A stretch of 48,354 bases of DNA, taken from Spirochaetota bacterium (lineage in GTDB: Bacteria > Spirochaetota > JAGLSM01 > JAKPMW01). Positions 34,222 through 41,702 of the stretch are shown here, piece by piece. Made by a program: the position numbers and the translations under genes. Numbering within the stretch: the first letter of the stretch is position 1; each line of letters begins with the position of its first letter. Below the pieces are notes generated by a model. That model made no database searches. It was not told the DNA's origin and was given only the letters and a program-made list of their open reading frames with translations. The stretch lies in contig DAIREN010000002.1 of the NCBI GenBank assembly GCA_036795535.1, positions 1 to 48,354 on the forward strand, given 5' to 3'.

Positions 34222-34251
34222 TTGCCTGGTACTGTCCGCCGGGTGTATGGT
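34222..34251 (+). promoter_or_regulatory. Candidate sigma70-like promoter for trxA
   Basis: TTGCCT, an 18-nt spacer, then TATGGT, about 50 nt upstream of the trxA ATG. Confidence 0.3.
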
Positions 34252-34300
34252 TTTTCTGCCGCAGTCTAACTGCGCCAGATCCAAGGGAGGTTGCAGTCCT

Positions 34301-34624
34301 ATGAGCAATGCCACACCGATAACCGATGCCACATTCCAATCGGAAGTCATCAATTCTTCCATTCCCGTTCTTGTCGATTTCTGGGCCCCCTGGTGCGGGC
34401 CCTGCCGTGCGATCGGTCCGGTCATTGACGAGATTGCAGCCGAGCGGGCCGGAAAACTCAAAGTCTGCAAGATGAATGTGGACGAAGAACAGGAAACCGC
34501 CGGACAATTCCAGGTCATGAGCATCCCCACCCTGATCCTCTTCAAGGACGGGAACGTCGCTGCCAAGATCGTCGGAGCACAGGCCAAGGACAAGCTCCTC
34601 TCCCAGATTGACCCTCTCTTGTAG
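34301..34624 (+). CDS. trxA: Thioredoxin
   Basis: 107 aa from the ATG at 34301 (AAGGGAGG upstream). Contains VLVDFWAPWCGPCRAIGPVIDE. Confidence 0.95.
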   Translation: MSNATPITDATFQSEVINSSIPVLVDFWAPWCGPCRAIGPVIDEIAAERAGKLKVCKMNVDEEQETAGQFQVMSIPTLILFKDGNVAAKIVGAQAKDKLLSQIDPLL

Positions 34625-34699
34625 AGCAAAATTCGGGTTTCAAGCGGTCCAAAATCGCCTCCGGGGTGTCGATGATAGGGATACAGCCGGAGGTGTTTC

Positions 34700-36100
34700 A
34701 TGTCACGTCTTGTTCTTCTTGTTTCCGTCCTCGTCACGCTTGCAACCTCTGTGCAGGCAGCCACCAATGCGCAAGCCGGCTCGTCACAGTCACAAGCAAC
34801 CACAAGTACCCAGGCCAGCTCGTCACAGTCACAAACAGCCACCAGTACCCAGGCCACCAACCAGTCCGGCGTTGTTTCCAGCGCCACCAACCGCCCCCCG
34901 CAGGACCTGAAGACTGTTCCCAAAAAAGAAGATCTTGAATACTGGCAGGAAACTATGCTCTACGGGACCGAGCAGCAGAAGGATTCCGTCCTCAAAACCA
35001 TGCAGTCCGTCCAGGCCAAACAGGTAGATGACATCCTTCTGGCGGCTCTCGCCAACGAGTCCGAGGGCCCGATCCAGCTCAAGCTGGTCCAGATCCTCTA
35101 CGACCGGAGGATCACCGGAGCCCTCGGACCCCTGGTTCGGACCCTGACCAATGCCCGAGAGGCGGACACGATCGGCCCGGCCATCGCTGCCCTGGCCCGT
35201 TTCAAGGATCCCGGCGTCCTGCCCTACATCCTCCAGCATCTGACCAATGAGACCCTCTCCGTCCAGCAGGCCGCGGTCCGAGCGCTCGGAGAGATCGGCG
35301 ATCCCGCACCGGGCAAGCGGCTCCTCGAGATGCTGGACAGCCTGCCGGCCGCAAGCGAGCTGCGCTACGATCTGGTCAATGCCCTCGGACAGATGAAATA
35401 CGGACCGGCCTACGAGAGTCTGCGCACCATCGCCATCAACAGCGGGAATCCGCGCTACCTCCGGGCCTTTGCCATCACCGCACTCGGCTCGATCGGAAAC
35501 CGGAAGATCGTTCCCGACTTCATCAAACTCCTCTCCGAAGAAAAAATCCCGGACATCAAGGTCCGGATCATCGCCGCCCTGGGGGAGATGCCCGGAAGCG
35601 AATCCGTCCAGGCGATCCGGATTGCCATGAATGACGGGGATGAACGGATCCGGGCCAGTGCCATCCAGGCAGCGGCCAAGTCAAAAGACGAAGCCTATCT
35701 TCGCCCCCTGCTCTATAAATTCCGCTACGACAATGAGGCCCGTGTCATGCTGGCCGCTGCCGAAGCCCTTGTGGAGTTGAAATACCCCGAACTGCCGGCC
35801 CTGATTCTCGCAAAATTCGAATCAACCCGGGATGTCCACGTCATGTCCCGCTTTGTCACCATCCTCAAAAAACTCCCTCCGCAAAAACAGGCCATTCCAA
35901 TGCTCCGGCGCAAACAAAAGGAAAATTCCTTCGCCAAGGTCAAGGACGAGATCGAAGCCCTCTTGACCCTCTGGGGCGAGAAAGCCGCAAGCGACAAATC
36001 TCCCAAGCTGGACGAGACCAAAAAAGCGGCCACTCCTGAAAAAAAAGCCGAGGACACGAAGTCGGGACAGTGGGGAGACCGGATCTACCTCAAGGAATGA
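34700..36100 (+). CDS. Secreted HEAT-repeat (PBS-lyase HEAT-like) protein with an S/T/Q-rich linker
   Basis: Signal peptide MSRLVLLVSVLVTLATSVQA, then a Q/S/T linker. At least six repeats follow, such as AVRALGEIGDPAPGKRLLEML, AITALGSIGNRKIVPDFIKLL and IIAALGEMPGSESVQAIRIAM. GGAGG ribosome-binding site. Confidence 0.75.
   Translation: MSRLVLLVSVLVTLATSVQAATNAQAGSSQSQATTSTQASSSQSQTATSTQATNQSGVVSSATNRPPQDLKTVPKKEDLEYWQETMLYGTEQQKDSVLKTMQSVQAKQVDDILLAALANESEGPIQLKLVQILYDRRITGALGPLVRTLTNAREADTIGPAIAALARFKDPGVLPYILQHLTNETLSVQQAAVRALGEIGDPAPGKRLLEMLDSLPAASELRYDLVNALGQMKYGPAYESLRTIAINSGNPRYLRAFAITALGSIGNRKIVPDFIKLLSEEKIPDIKVRIIAALGEMPGSESVQAIRIAMNDGDERIRASAIQAAAKSKDEAYLRPLLYKFRYDNEARVMLAAAEALVELKYPELPALILAKFESTRDVHVMSRFVTILKKLPPQKQAIPMLRRKQKENSFAKVKDEIEALLTLWGEKAASDKSPKLDETKKAATPEKKAEDTKSGQWGDRIYLKE
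34775..34852 (+). repeat. Two tandem copies of a 39-nt in-frame repeat
   Basis: GCCGGCTCGTCACAGTCACAAGCAACCACAAGTACCCAG versus GCCAGCTCGTCACAGTCACAAACAGCCACCAGTACCCAG, with 4 mismatches in 39. They encode AGSSQSQATTSTQ and ASSSQSQTATSTQ. Confidence 0.85.
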
Positions 36101-36104
36101 TACC

Positions 36105-37469
36105 TCAGTCCGGCAGGCGGATCCAGTCAGGCTGTCCGGCCAGCGGACTCTTGACAAACCAGGGTGTCGGATCGACACAGCGGTTCCCGATCCGCAATTC
36201 GTAATGCAAATGGGGACCGGTCGAAAGCCCGGTCGTTCCGACCAGGCCCACGGGACTTCCGGTCCCGACCCTGGCATTCGAGCTGGCGATCACCCGGGAG
36301 AGATGCATGAAGGTGGAGAACACGCCGTCCCCATGATCGAGAATCACCAGACCCCCATGGACCGCTGTCTCATGGGCAAAGGCGACACGTCCCTCCATCG
36401 GCGCGACAACGTCCACGCCCTCGGGAGAAGCGAAATCGATCCCGCGATGCGCTTTTCCGTTGGTCGATGTCAGGTAGCGGACAACCCCGAACGGAGAACT
36501 GACCCTGTCATAGCGGGCAATCGGAATCCTGAGCTTCACAGGCCACTCGCCCCGCTGCTCCCCCGACGCCCGGTAGATCTTCTGCAAGCGCCAGTACTCC
36601 CGCTCCGGCTTCCCTCCGGAGAGAATCGACTCTTTTTTATGCAGCCAGCGCTGCCACCAGTCGGCCGGTGCCGGGGGATAGGCCGATCCGGGGAAGGGTC
36701 TGGCCTGCCGCGCAAGAAACCGCAGGCCATCGCGGTCCTCACGGAATTTCTCCACAGGCATCTGCCACGCGCGCATGTACCAGGCACCATCCCGGCCATG
36801 GACCCAGACAGCCAACCGGAGGATGCCAGCCGGCGACATGCAGTCCAGGCCGGCCAAGGCCGAATACTCCCGTCCGCCCGGACGGGGAACGAGGATAAGG
36901 GAAGCATCGGCCAGCATCCCGCCCACCCGGGAGACCGTGTTTGTGGAACCAAGCCGGAGTGCCAGCCGCAGGAGCCCACCGGCCCGAAGATTGGTCGTGT
37001 CGACATCGAGGCTGAAGCGGAGATCGTGACACTGGTCCCCGTCCTCGCGCGACGCAGGCACCAGCCAGGCCCGACCCTCATCAAGCCGCCACCAGTCCTC
37101 CCGGAGCTTGAACAGCCGGATGTCGGCGGACGGGACGGACTGTGTCGCCGTCGTCACGGAGGGTCCCTCGACCACAAGACGGCCCCGCTCGAGAACGGAG
37201 AGGACGAGACGGGCTCCGGGTTCGAGAAGCACCCGCACATCTCCGTCATGCGTCTTCCCCGGCTCCGGTCTGAGGTCAAAGGCCTGACCGGTTTCGGGGT
37301 TGCGCCCGACCCAACGCACCCCTCCCTCGACGGACTCGACTTCGAGAAAATCCGTCTGTCGAAGGAGGAGCCAGAGGACACAAACCACCGCCCCGAGTAC
37401 CACCAGGGCTCCGGCGAAAAAGACCGCCCGGGTCCGTCCCCGGGCAGATGCTTCACTGATCGGTTTCAT
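36105..37469 (-). CDS. Membrane-anchored M23 (LytM-type) metallopeptidase with a large N-terminal domain of unknown function
   Basis: N-terminal TM helix AVFFAGALVVLGAVVCVLWLLL. C-terminal region HRGIDFASPEGVDVVAPMEGRVAF...GTTGLSTGPHLHYELRIG carries the HxxxD and HxH motifs. Confidence 0.88.
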   Translation of the reverse strand: MKPISEASARGRTRAVFFAGALVVLGAVVCVLWLLLRQTDFLEVESVEGGVRWVGRNPETGQAFDLRPEPGKTHDGDVRVLLEPGARLVLSVLERGRLVVEGPSVTTATQSVPSADIRLFKLREDWWRLDEGRAWLVPASREDGDQCHDLRFSLDVDTTNLRAGGLLRLALRLGSTNTVSRVGGMLADASLILVPRPGGREYSALAGLDCMSPAGILRLAVWVHGRDGAWYMRAWQMPVEKFREDRDGLRFLARQARPFPGSAYPPAPADWWQRWLHKKESILSGGKPEREYWRLQKIYRASGEQRGEWPVKLRIPIARYDRVSSPFGVVRYLTSTNGKAHRGIDFASPEGVDVVAPMEGRVAFAHETAVHGGLVILDHGDGVFSTFMHLSRVIASSNARVGTGSPVGLVGTTGLSTGPHLHYELRIGNRCVDPTPWFVKSPLAGQPDWIRLPD

Positions 37470-37476
37470 GCATCCC

Positions 37477-38688
37477 TTACTTGCTGGCGACCCCGTGCTT
37501 CTTGCAGATCTTCTCGTAATAATCGATCACGCCACGGACATAGTTCCGCTTCTGGACATAGCTCCCGGGGAAGAAGCTGCGCTTGAACCCGTAGACGATG
37601 ATGTTGCGCAAGGTCCCCGGAGCAATGTCGAAGTTCTTGATAGCCAGCTCGATCTCGTCGCTGACGGTCGTCTGCGAAACAAGCCGGTTGTCCGTGCAGA
37701 GGGTAACCGAGAGATTATGCTTGAGCATGTCCCGCAGGGAGTGCTTGCTGATATCCACCAGGCCCGGATTGGTCTGCCGGTTGGAGGTCAGGCAGACCTC
37801 GATCGTGATGCGCCGGTCGGCGATGTACTCCGAGAGCTTTTTGAGATAGGCTTCCTTGTCGGTGATCTCCGGATTGGTCAGAGCTTCCTTGCTGAAGAGG
37901 AGGTAGCCATGCCCGATCCGGTCCGCGTGGAGGGCCGTGATGGCCTGGAAGATGCTTTCCGCACCATAGGCTTCGCCGGCATGGACCGTCTTTTTCATGA
38001 AATTCCGGTGGGCATAGTGGAAGGCTTCCATGTGGTCAATCGCCGGATAGCCATGTTCGGCACCGGCCAGGTCAAAACCGACAACCGGGTATCCCTTGCG
38101 GTCCCGGATATCGATCGCAGCCCGGGCCAGCTGGAGTGAAGCCTGGGCAAAGATCTCCTTGCGGGGTGACCAGGAGAGGGCATCCATGATTTTTTTGTAG
38201 TAGGGTGAGGATTCGCCCATGAACATCCGCAGATTACAGACGATGATCCCGTATTCGAAATCGGGCATGTCCGGATCCGCCTTGGCCTTGTTGATGTCCT
38301 TTTTTGCCCGCTCCAGTCCGCGGTTGACACTGGAGATGACCGTCTCCATATCCATGTGGTCATTGACATGGAGCTGGGGCGCAAAGCGTACCTCGACGTA
38401 GAACACACCCTCGGCTGCGTTGTCCAGGGCAAACTCGTAGGCAATTCGCTCCAGACTGTCCGGATCCTGCATCACGGCGCAGGTATAGGCAAACCCCTGG
38501 AGATACTCGGGGAGGTCCTTGTAGGCCTTTTTGAAGACAGTCTCCATGAGCCCCTCGGGTGTATAGGCCGGAAGGGAAACATTCTGCTCCTTGGCCAGCT
38601 CGATCAGGGTGGTCAGTCTGAGGGAACCATCAAGATGGACGTGCAAGTCCGTCTTGGGAATCGCGCGTATGAACTCGCTGCTGAACAC
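37477..38688 (-). CDS. add: Adenosine deaminase family protein
   Basis: 403 aa with a GTG start. Motifs PKTDLHVHLDGSLR, HAGE and TLCTDN are the metal and catalytic signatures of the adenosine/AMP deaminase fold. Confidence 0.85.
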   Translation of the reverse strand: MFSSEFIRAIPKTDLHVHLDGSLRLTTLIELAKEQNVSLPAYTPEGLMETVFKKAYKDLPEYLQGFAYTCAVMQDPDSLERIAYEFALDNAAEGVFYVEVRFAPQLHVNDHMDMETVISSVNRGLERAKKDINKAKADPDMPDFEYGIIVCNLRMFMGESSPYYKKIMDALSWSPRKEIFAQASLQLARAAIDIRDRKGYPVVGFDLAGAEHGYPAIDHMEAFHYAHRNFMKKTVHAGEAYGAESIFQAITALHADRIGHGYLLFSKEALTNPEITDKEAYLKKLSEYIADRRITIEVCLTSNRQTNPGLVDISKHSLRDMLKHNLSVTLCTDNRLVSQTTVSDEIELAIKNFDIAPGTLRNIIVYGFKRSFFPGSYVQKRNYVRGVIDYYEKICKKHGVASK

Positions 38689-38961
38689 GGGAATACCTCT
38701 CTTTCACGTGGAACTCGTTTCTGTATTGCAGACAAGTGTAGCAGATTCCGACCCGTCAAGCAAGAACCGAGATTGCGCGCCGGGTCCAGCCTGGCGCCCC
38801 GCGCGAAATGGGCGATCCATCGCCATCACAATCCGTTGCCACAATCCGGTTCTGTTTTTGATGAACACCCTCAGTCCTGCAACGCGCGCCCTGGCGGCAC
38901 GTGGATGGTGCCGGGATCCCGACACTCCCGGAGTCTTTGCACCATTCTGGACGTCCGGGAT

Positions 38962-39795
38962 TCAGGACGTGTGACCACCAGTTTTCCTGGTCCGTACCCC
39001 TTTTCGTCGTCCTTCAATAACCCCCATCAACCGCAGAAGCAGGGCCCGGGGCAAGACCCGGGGGAACTGGGCAAAAAGCCAGTGCCGGAAGGCCGGGATC
39101 GCGACAGGGGCATTGCGGGAGAGGGCTGCCAGTCCGATCCGTGCCACCCGCTCCGGTGTCAAAAAGGGGTAGAGCCATCCCGGCACCCTCGGTTTGCCGT
39201 GCTTGAAAAAATTGGTATCCGTGATCCCGGGACAGATCGCGGTCACGGCAACCCCGGAGCGGAAGAGTTCGACATGCATCGCCTCCGAGAGGGAGAGGAC
39301 AAAGGCCTTGGTCGCCCCATAGAGCGCAGCCCAGGGCATGGCCTGGAACGAGGCCGTCGAGGCCACATTCAGGATCCAGCCCCTCCCGTTTTTTGCCATA
39401 TCCGCGGCACAAAGCGTTGCCAGCTCGAGGACGGCTGCGCAGTTCAATGCCAGGAGCGTGCGCACGTCGGCCAGATCCTGCCCATGCTGGGGGGCGGCCT
39501 TCAATCCGGCGCCGGCATTGTTGACGAGGATATCAATCCGGTAGCCCGCACGTTTCGCGGCCCGGTAGAGCTTCTCCCCCGCACCTGGCTGCGAGAGATC
39601 CTGGACAAGGATCCCGGTCTCGATCCCGTAGTCTCCGGACAAGACCCGGGCCAGTTCTGTCAGTCTCTTTCTGTTCCGGCCGGCAAGGACACAATGGACG
39701 CCGCGTGCGGCAAGTCCAAGCGCCACAGCCCGCCCGATACCCGAGGATGCCCCGGTGACGAGCGCACAGGATCCGCGCGGAATCTTCCAGTTCAC
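38962..39795 (-). CDS. Short-chain dehydrogenase/reductase (SDR)
   Basis: ALVTGASSGIGRAVA (TGxxxGxG), NNAG, and YGATKAF (YxxxK). The GTG at 39795 overlaps the upstream kinase stop by 4 nt (GTGA); the TTG at 39801 is an alternative. Confidence 0.88.
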   Translation of the reverse strand: MNWKIPRGSCALVTGASSGIGRAVALGLAARGVHCVLAGRNRKRLTELARVLSGDYGIETGILVQDLSQPGAGEKLYRAAKRAGYRIDILVNNAGAGLKAAPQHGQDLADVRTLLALNCAAVLELATLCAADMAKNGRGWILNVASTASFQAMPWAALYGATKAFVLSLSEAMHVELFRSGVAVTAICPGITDTNFFKHGKPRVPGWLYPFLTPERVARIGLAALSRNAPVAIPAFRHWLFAQFPRVLPRALLLRLMGVIEGRRKGVRTRKTGGHTS

Positions 39796-41204
39796 TGGCA
39801 AGCCCCCGCTTCACTGAACGCGATCACAAACCGGGCACCACCCTCCGGCCCTTTGCGTTCAATCGTGAGGCTTCCCTCGATCTGGCGGACAAGGATGTCA
39901 ACCAGACGAAGACCGAAGCCTCCTGTCCGTCCGGGCGAAAAACCCTCCGGCAATCCTCTGCCATTGTCGGCAACAACCAGGACAGCCTGCTGGTTCTCCC
40001 GGTTCGCCGAAACGAGAATCTCGCCCTCCGTCCGGTCGACAAAGGCGTATTTGAGGCAATTCGTGATCAATTCATTGACAATAATCCCGACGGCAAAGAG
40101 TTTGCGGGTATCGATCACAAAAGATGCGATCTCCTTGTGGATCCGGACCGGAACCCGCAGGGAGAACATGCCGACAATGTCATCCACCAGCTGGCCAAGG
40201 TACTCATTGATCGGAACACTGACAAATCCTTCGGAACGATAGAGTCTGTCGTACAGCACAGCCATGCTCTGGACCCGGCTCTTGGCATCATGCAAGGCAT
40301 CGATGGCCGCCTGTTCCTTGAGACTCCCGGCCTGGAGGGAGAGGAGATTGACAATCGTCCCCATATTGTTCTTGACCCGGTGGTGCACTTCCTTGAGGAG
40401 AATCTCTTTTTCGGCAAGCAGGCGCTGGATCTCCGATTGCGCCTTTTTTTGTTCATCCACATCGATCAGGGTTCCTTCGACAATCCCCCGTTTGGGATCA
40501 AGGCTCGCGCTGAACTGGACCCAAAACGCCCTGCCTGTCACGATGTTCCGCATGCGGACCACGTGATCGGTGACCGATCCCTCGTTCCTGAGGACTTCAA
40601 GGACCGTCTCGCGGTCGGCAGGTTCGACATAGTGATCGACCACAGTCCGACCCAAGGCCTTCTCGACACTCTCGAGCCCGAGGAGATCACAAAAGCGCTG
40701 GTTGCAGGCCACCAGACAACTGGTCATTGTGTCCGTCTCGAACAGTCCCACCTGGGCATAGTGGTAGAGATTCCGGTACTTTTGCCCGAGTTCACGGGCC
40801 TCCATGGTGGCATCAAAGAGTTTGTAGGCCATTTCGATCGAAGAGATCAGGACAAAGTCACCCGAATTCTTGATGACATACCCGTAACGGGTGATCTCGC
40901 TGACCTTTTCGACATATTCCTTGCGCGAATGGGCCGTCAAAAAAATGATCGGAATCTCGCGTCGGGCAAGGATTCTGCGGGCGGCCTCCGTCCCGTCAAT
41001 ATCGTTTTCACCCAGTTCGATATCCATTAAAACAAGGCTGATCCGGGGATCTTCGATGGCCAGCCGGACAGCCTCATTCCCGCTTCCTATACCGACGACA
41101 TGATAGCCGGCATTCTCCAGGACCTTCATCCCGGCACGGAGCATCAGGTCCGAATCCTCGACATAGAGAATGGTCTTGCCTGGTGAAGAAGTCCCCTCAC
41201 TCAT
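39792..41204 (-). CDS. Response-regulator receiver / PAS / HisKA_2-type histidine kinase
   Basis: REC domain (KTILYVEDSDLM...LVLMDIEL), a PAS-like middle region, the H-box HHRVKNNMGTIVNLLSLQ, and an ATPase region ELITNCLKYAF...ADNGRGLP...GGFGLRLV. The ATG at 41204 overlaps the upstream REC gene by 8 nt. Confidence 0.85.
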   Translation of the reverse strand: MSEGTSSPGKTILYVEDSDLMLRAGMKVLENAGYHVVGIGSGNEAVRLAIEDPRISLVLMDIELGENDIDGTEAARRILARREIPIIFLTAHSRKEYVEKVSEITRYGYVIKNSGDFVLISSIEMAYKLFDATMEARELGQKYRNLYHYAQVGLFETDTMTSCLVACNQRFCDLLGLESVEKALGRTVVDHYVEPADRETVLEVLRNEGSVTDHVVRMRNIVTGRAFWVQFSASLDPKRGIVEGTLIDVDEQKKAQSEIQRLLAEKEILLKEVHHRVKNNMGTIVNLLSLQAGSLKEQAAIDALHDAKSRVQSMAVLYDRLYRSEGFVSVPINEYLGQLVDDIVGMFSLRVPVRIHKEIASFVIDTRKLFAVGIIVNELITNCLKYAFVDRTEGEILVSANRENQQAVLVVADNGRGLPEGFSPGRTGGFGLRLVDILVRQIEGSLTIERKGPEGGARFVIAFSEAGACQ

Positions 41205-41589
41205 CACCTGACCTCGCACCACTGCCGGCATCCATCGCATGGAGGACATTCGCCAAATCTTCAATCTCGACCGGCTTTCTGAGAAAGGCCAGCGGCTTGA
41301 CACCTAACGCGGCATTCCTGGTAGCATCATCCGAATTGGCCGTCAAAAACACAATCCTTGTTTCGGGCTGACGCTCGGCCAGCACGGCCGCCAGAGCGAT
41401 TCCGTCCCTCTCCCCGTTGATCTGGATGTCCATGAAGACCAGATCAGGCTTGTATTCGGCAATAGCCTGATCGGCCGTGTCGCTGTTGTCAAGGCAGGCA
41501 AGGACCGTACACCCCAAACGTTCAATCATCCGTGACAGCATCATGGCAATGATGCCCTCATCCTCTACCACAATCACTCGATATCCCAT
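41197..41589 (-). CDS. Single-domain response regulator (CheY-like REC)
   Basis: MGYRVIVVEDEGIIAMML...KPDLVFMDIQINGERDG...FLRKP. The ATG at 41589 has GAGG upstream; the GTG at 41613 in the ORF track has no ribosome-binding site. Confidence 0.85.
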   Translation of the reverse strand: MGYRVIVVEDEGIIAMMLSRMIERLGCTVLACLDNSDTADQAIAEYKPDLVFMDIQINGERDGIALAAVLAERQPETRIVFLTANSDDATRNAALGVKPLAFLRKPVEIEDLANVLHAMDAGSGARSGDE

Positions 41590-41702
41590 TGGTTCCGCCT
41601 CGTTGCCGGACACTGTATCACATCACGTTTTTTCTGTAAAGCGAGATATTGCGGATGCGTAAAATCGGTTTTCCCGTTTCCGTCTGCCGGATAATCACCA
41701 CA

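Noticed and set aside
34052-34300. 83-codon extension in frame with trxA, plus the other ORFs in the murA/trxA divergent region (33860-34507 and 34150-34923 on minus).
   Set aside because: Thioredoxin begins at 34301 with a strong AAGGGAGG ribosome-binding site. The extension is Cys/Arg-rich with no motif, and the region is better explained as a divergent promoter region.
38704-38925. 73-aa minus-strand ORF filling the SDR-add spacer.
   Set aside because: It is Arg-rich and low-complexity (MSGSRHHPRAARARVAGLRV...), has no ribosome-binding site, and overlaps the predicted stem-loops. I treat it as non-coding unless conservation shows otherwise.
38689-38961. Purine (adenine) riboswitch upstream of add, as in Vibrio.
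   Set aside because: I read the minus-strand leader and found none of the conserved purine-riboswitch junction or loop sequences, such as the UAUAAU-type J1/2 or the ACCGUAAAU-type L3/J3-1 segments. I also could not draw a three-way junction of the right size.
38356-40242. 628-aa plus-strand ORF spanning add, the spacer, the SDR gene and the kinase. Similar ORFs are at 36204-37586, 32619-33890 and 44234-45733.
   Set aside because: They are antisense to genes with clear catalytic motifs. They cross gene boundaries and an intergenic spacer, and their composition is dominated by R/G/P, as expected from reverse-frame GC-rich codons.
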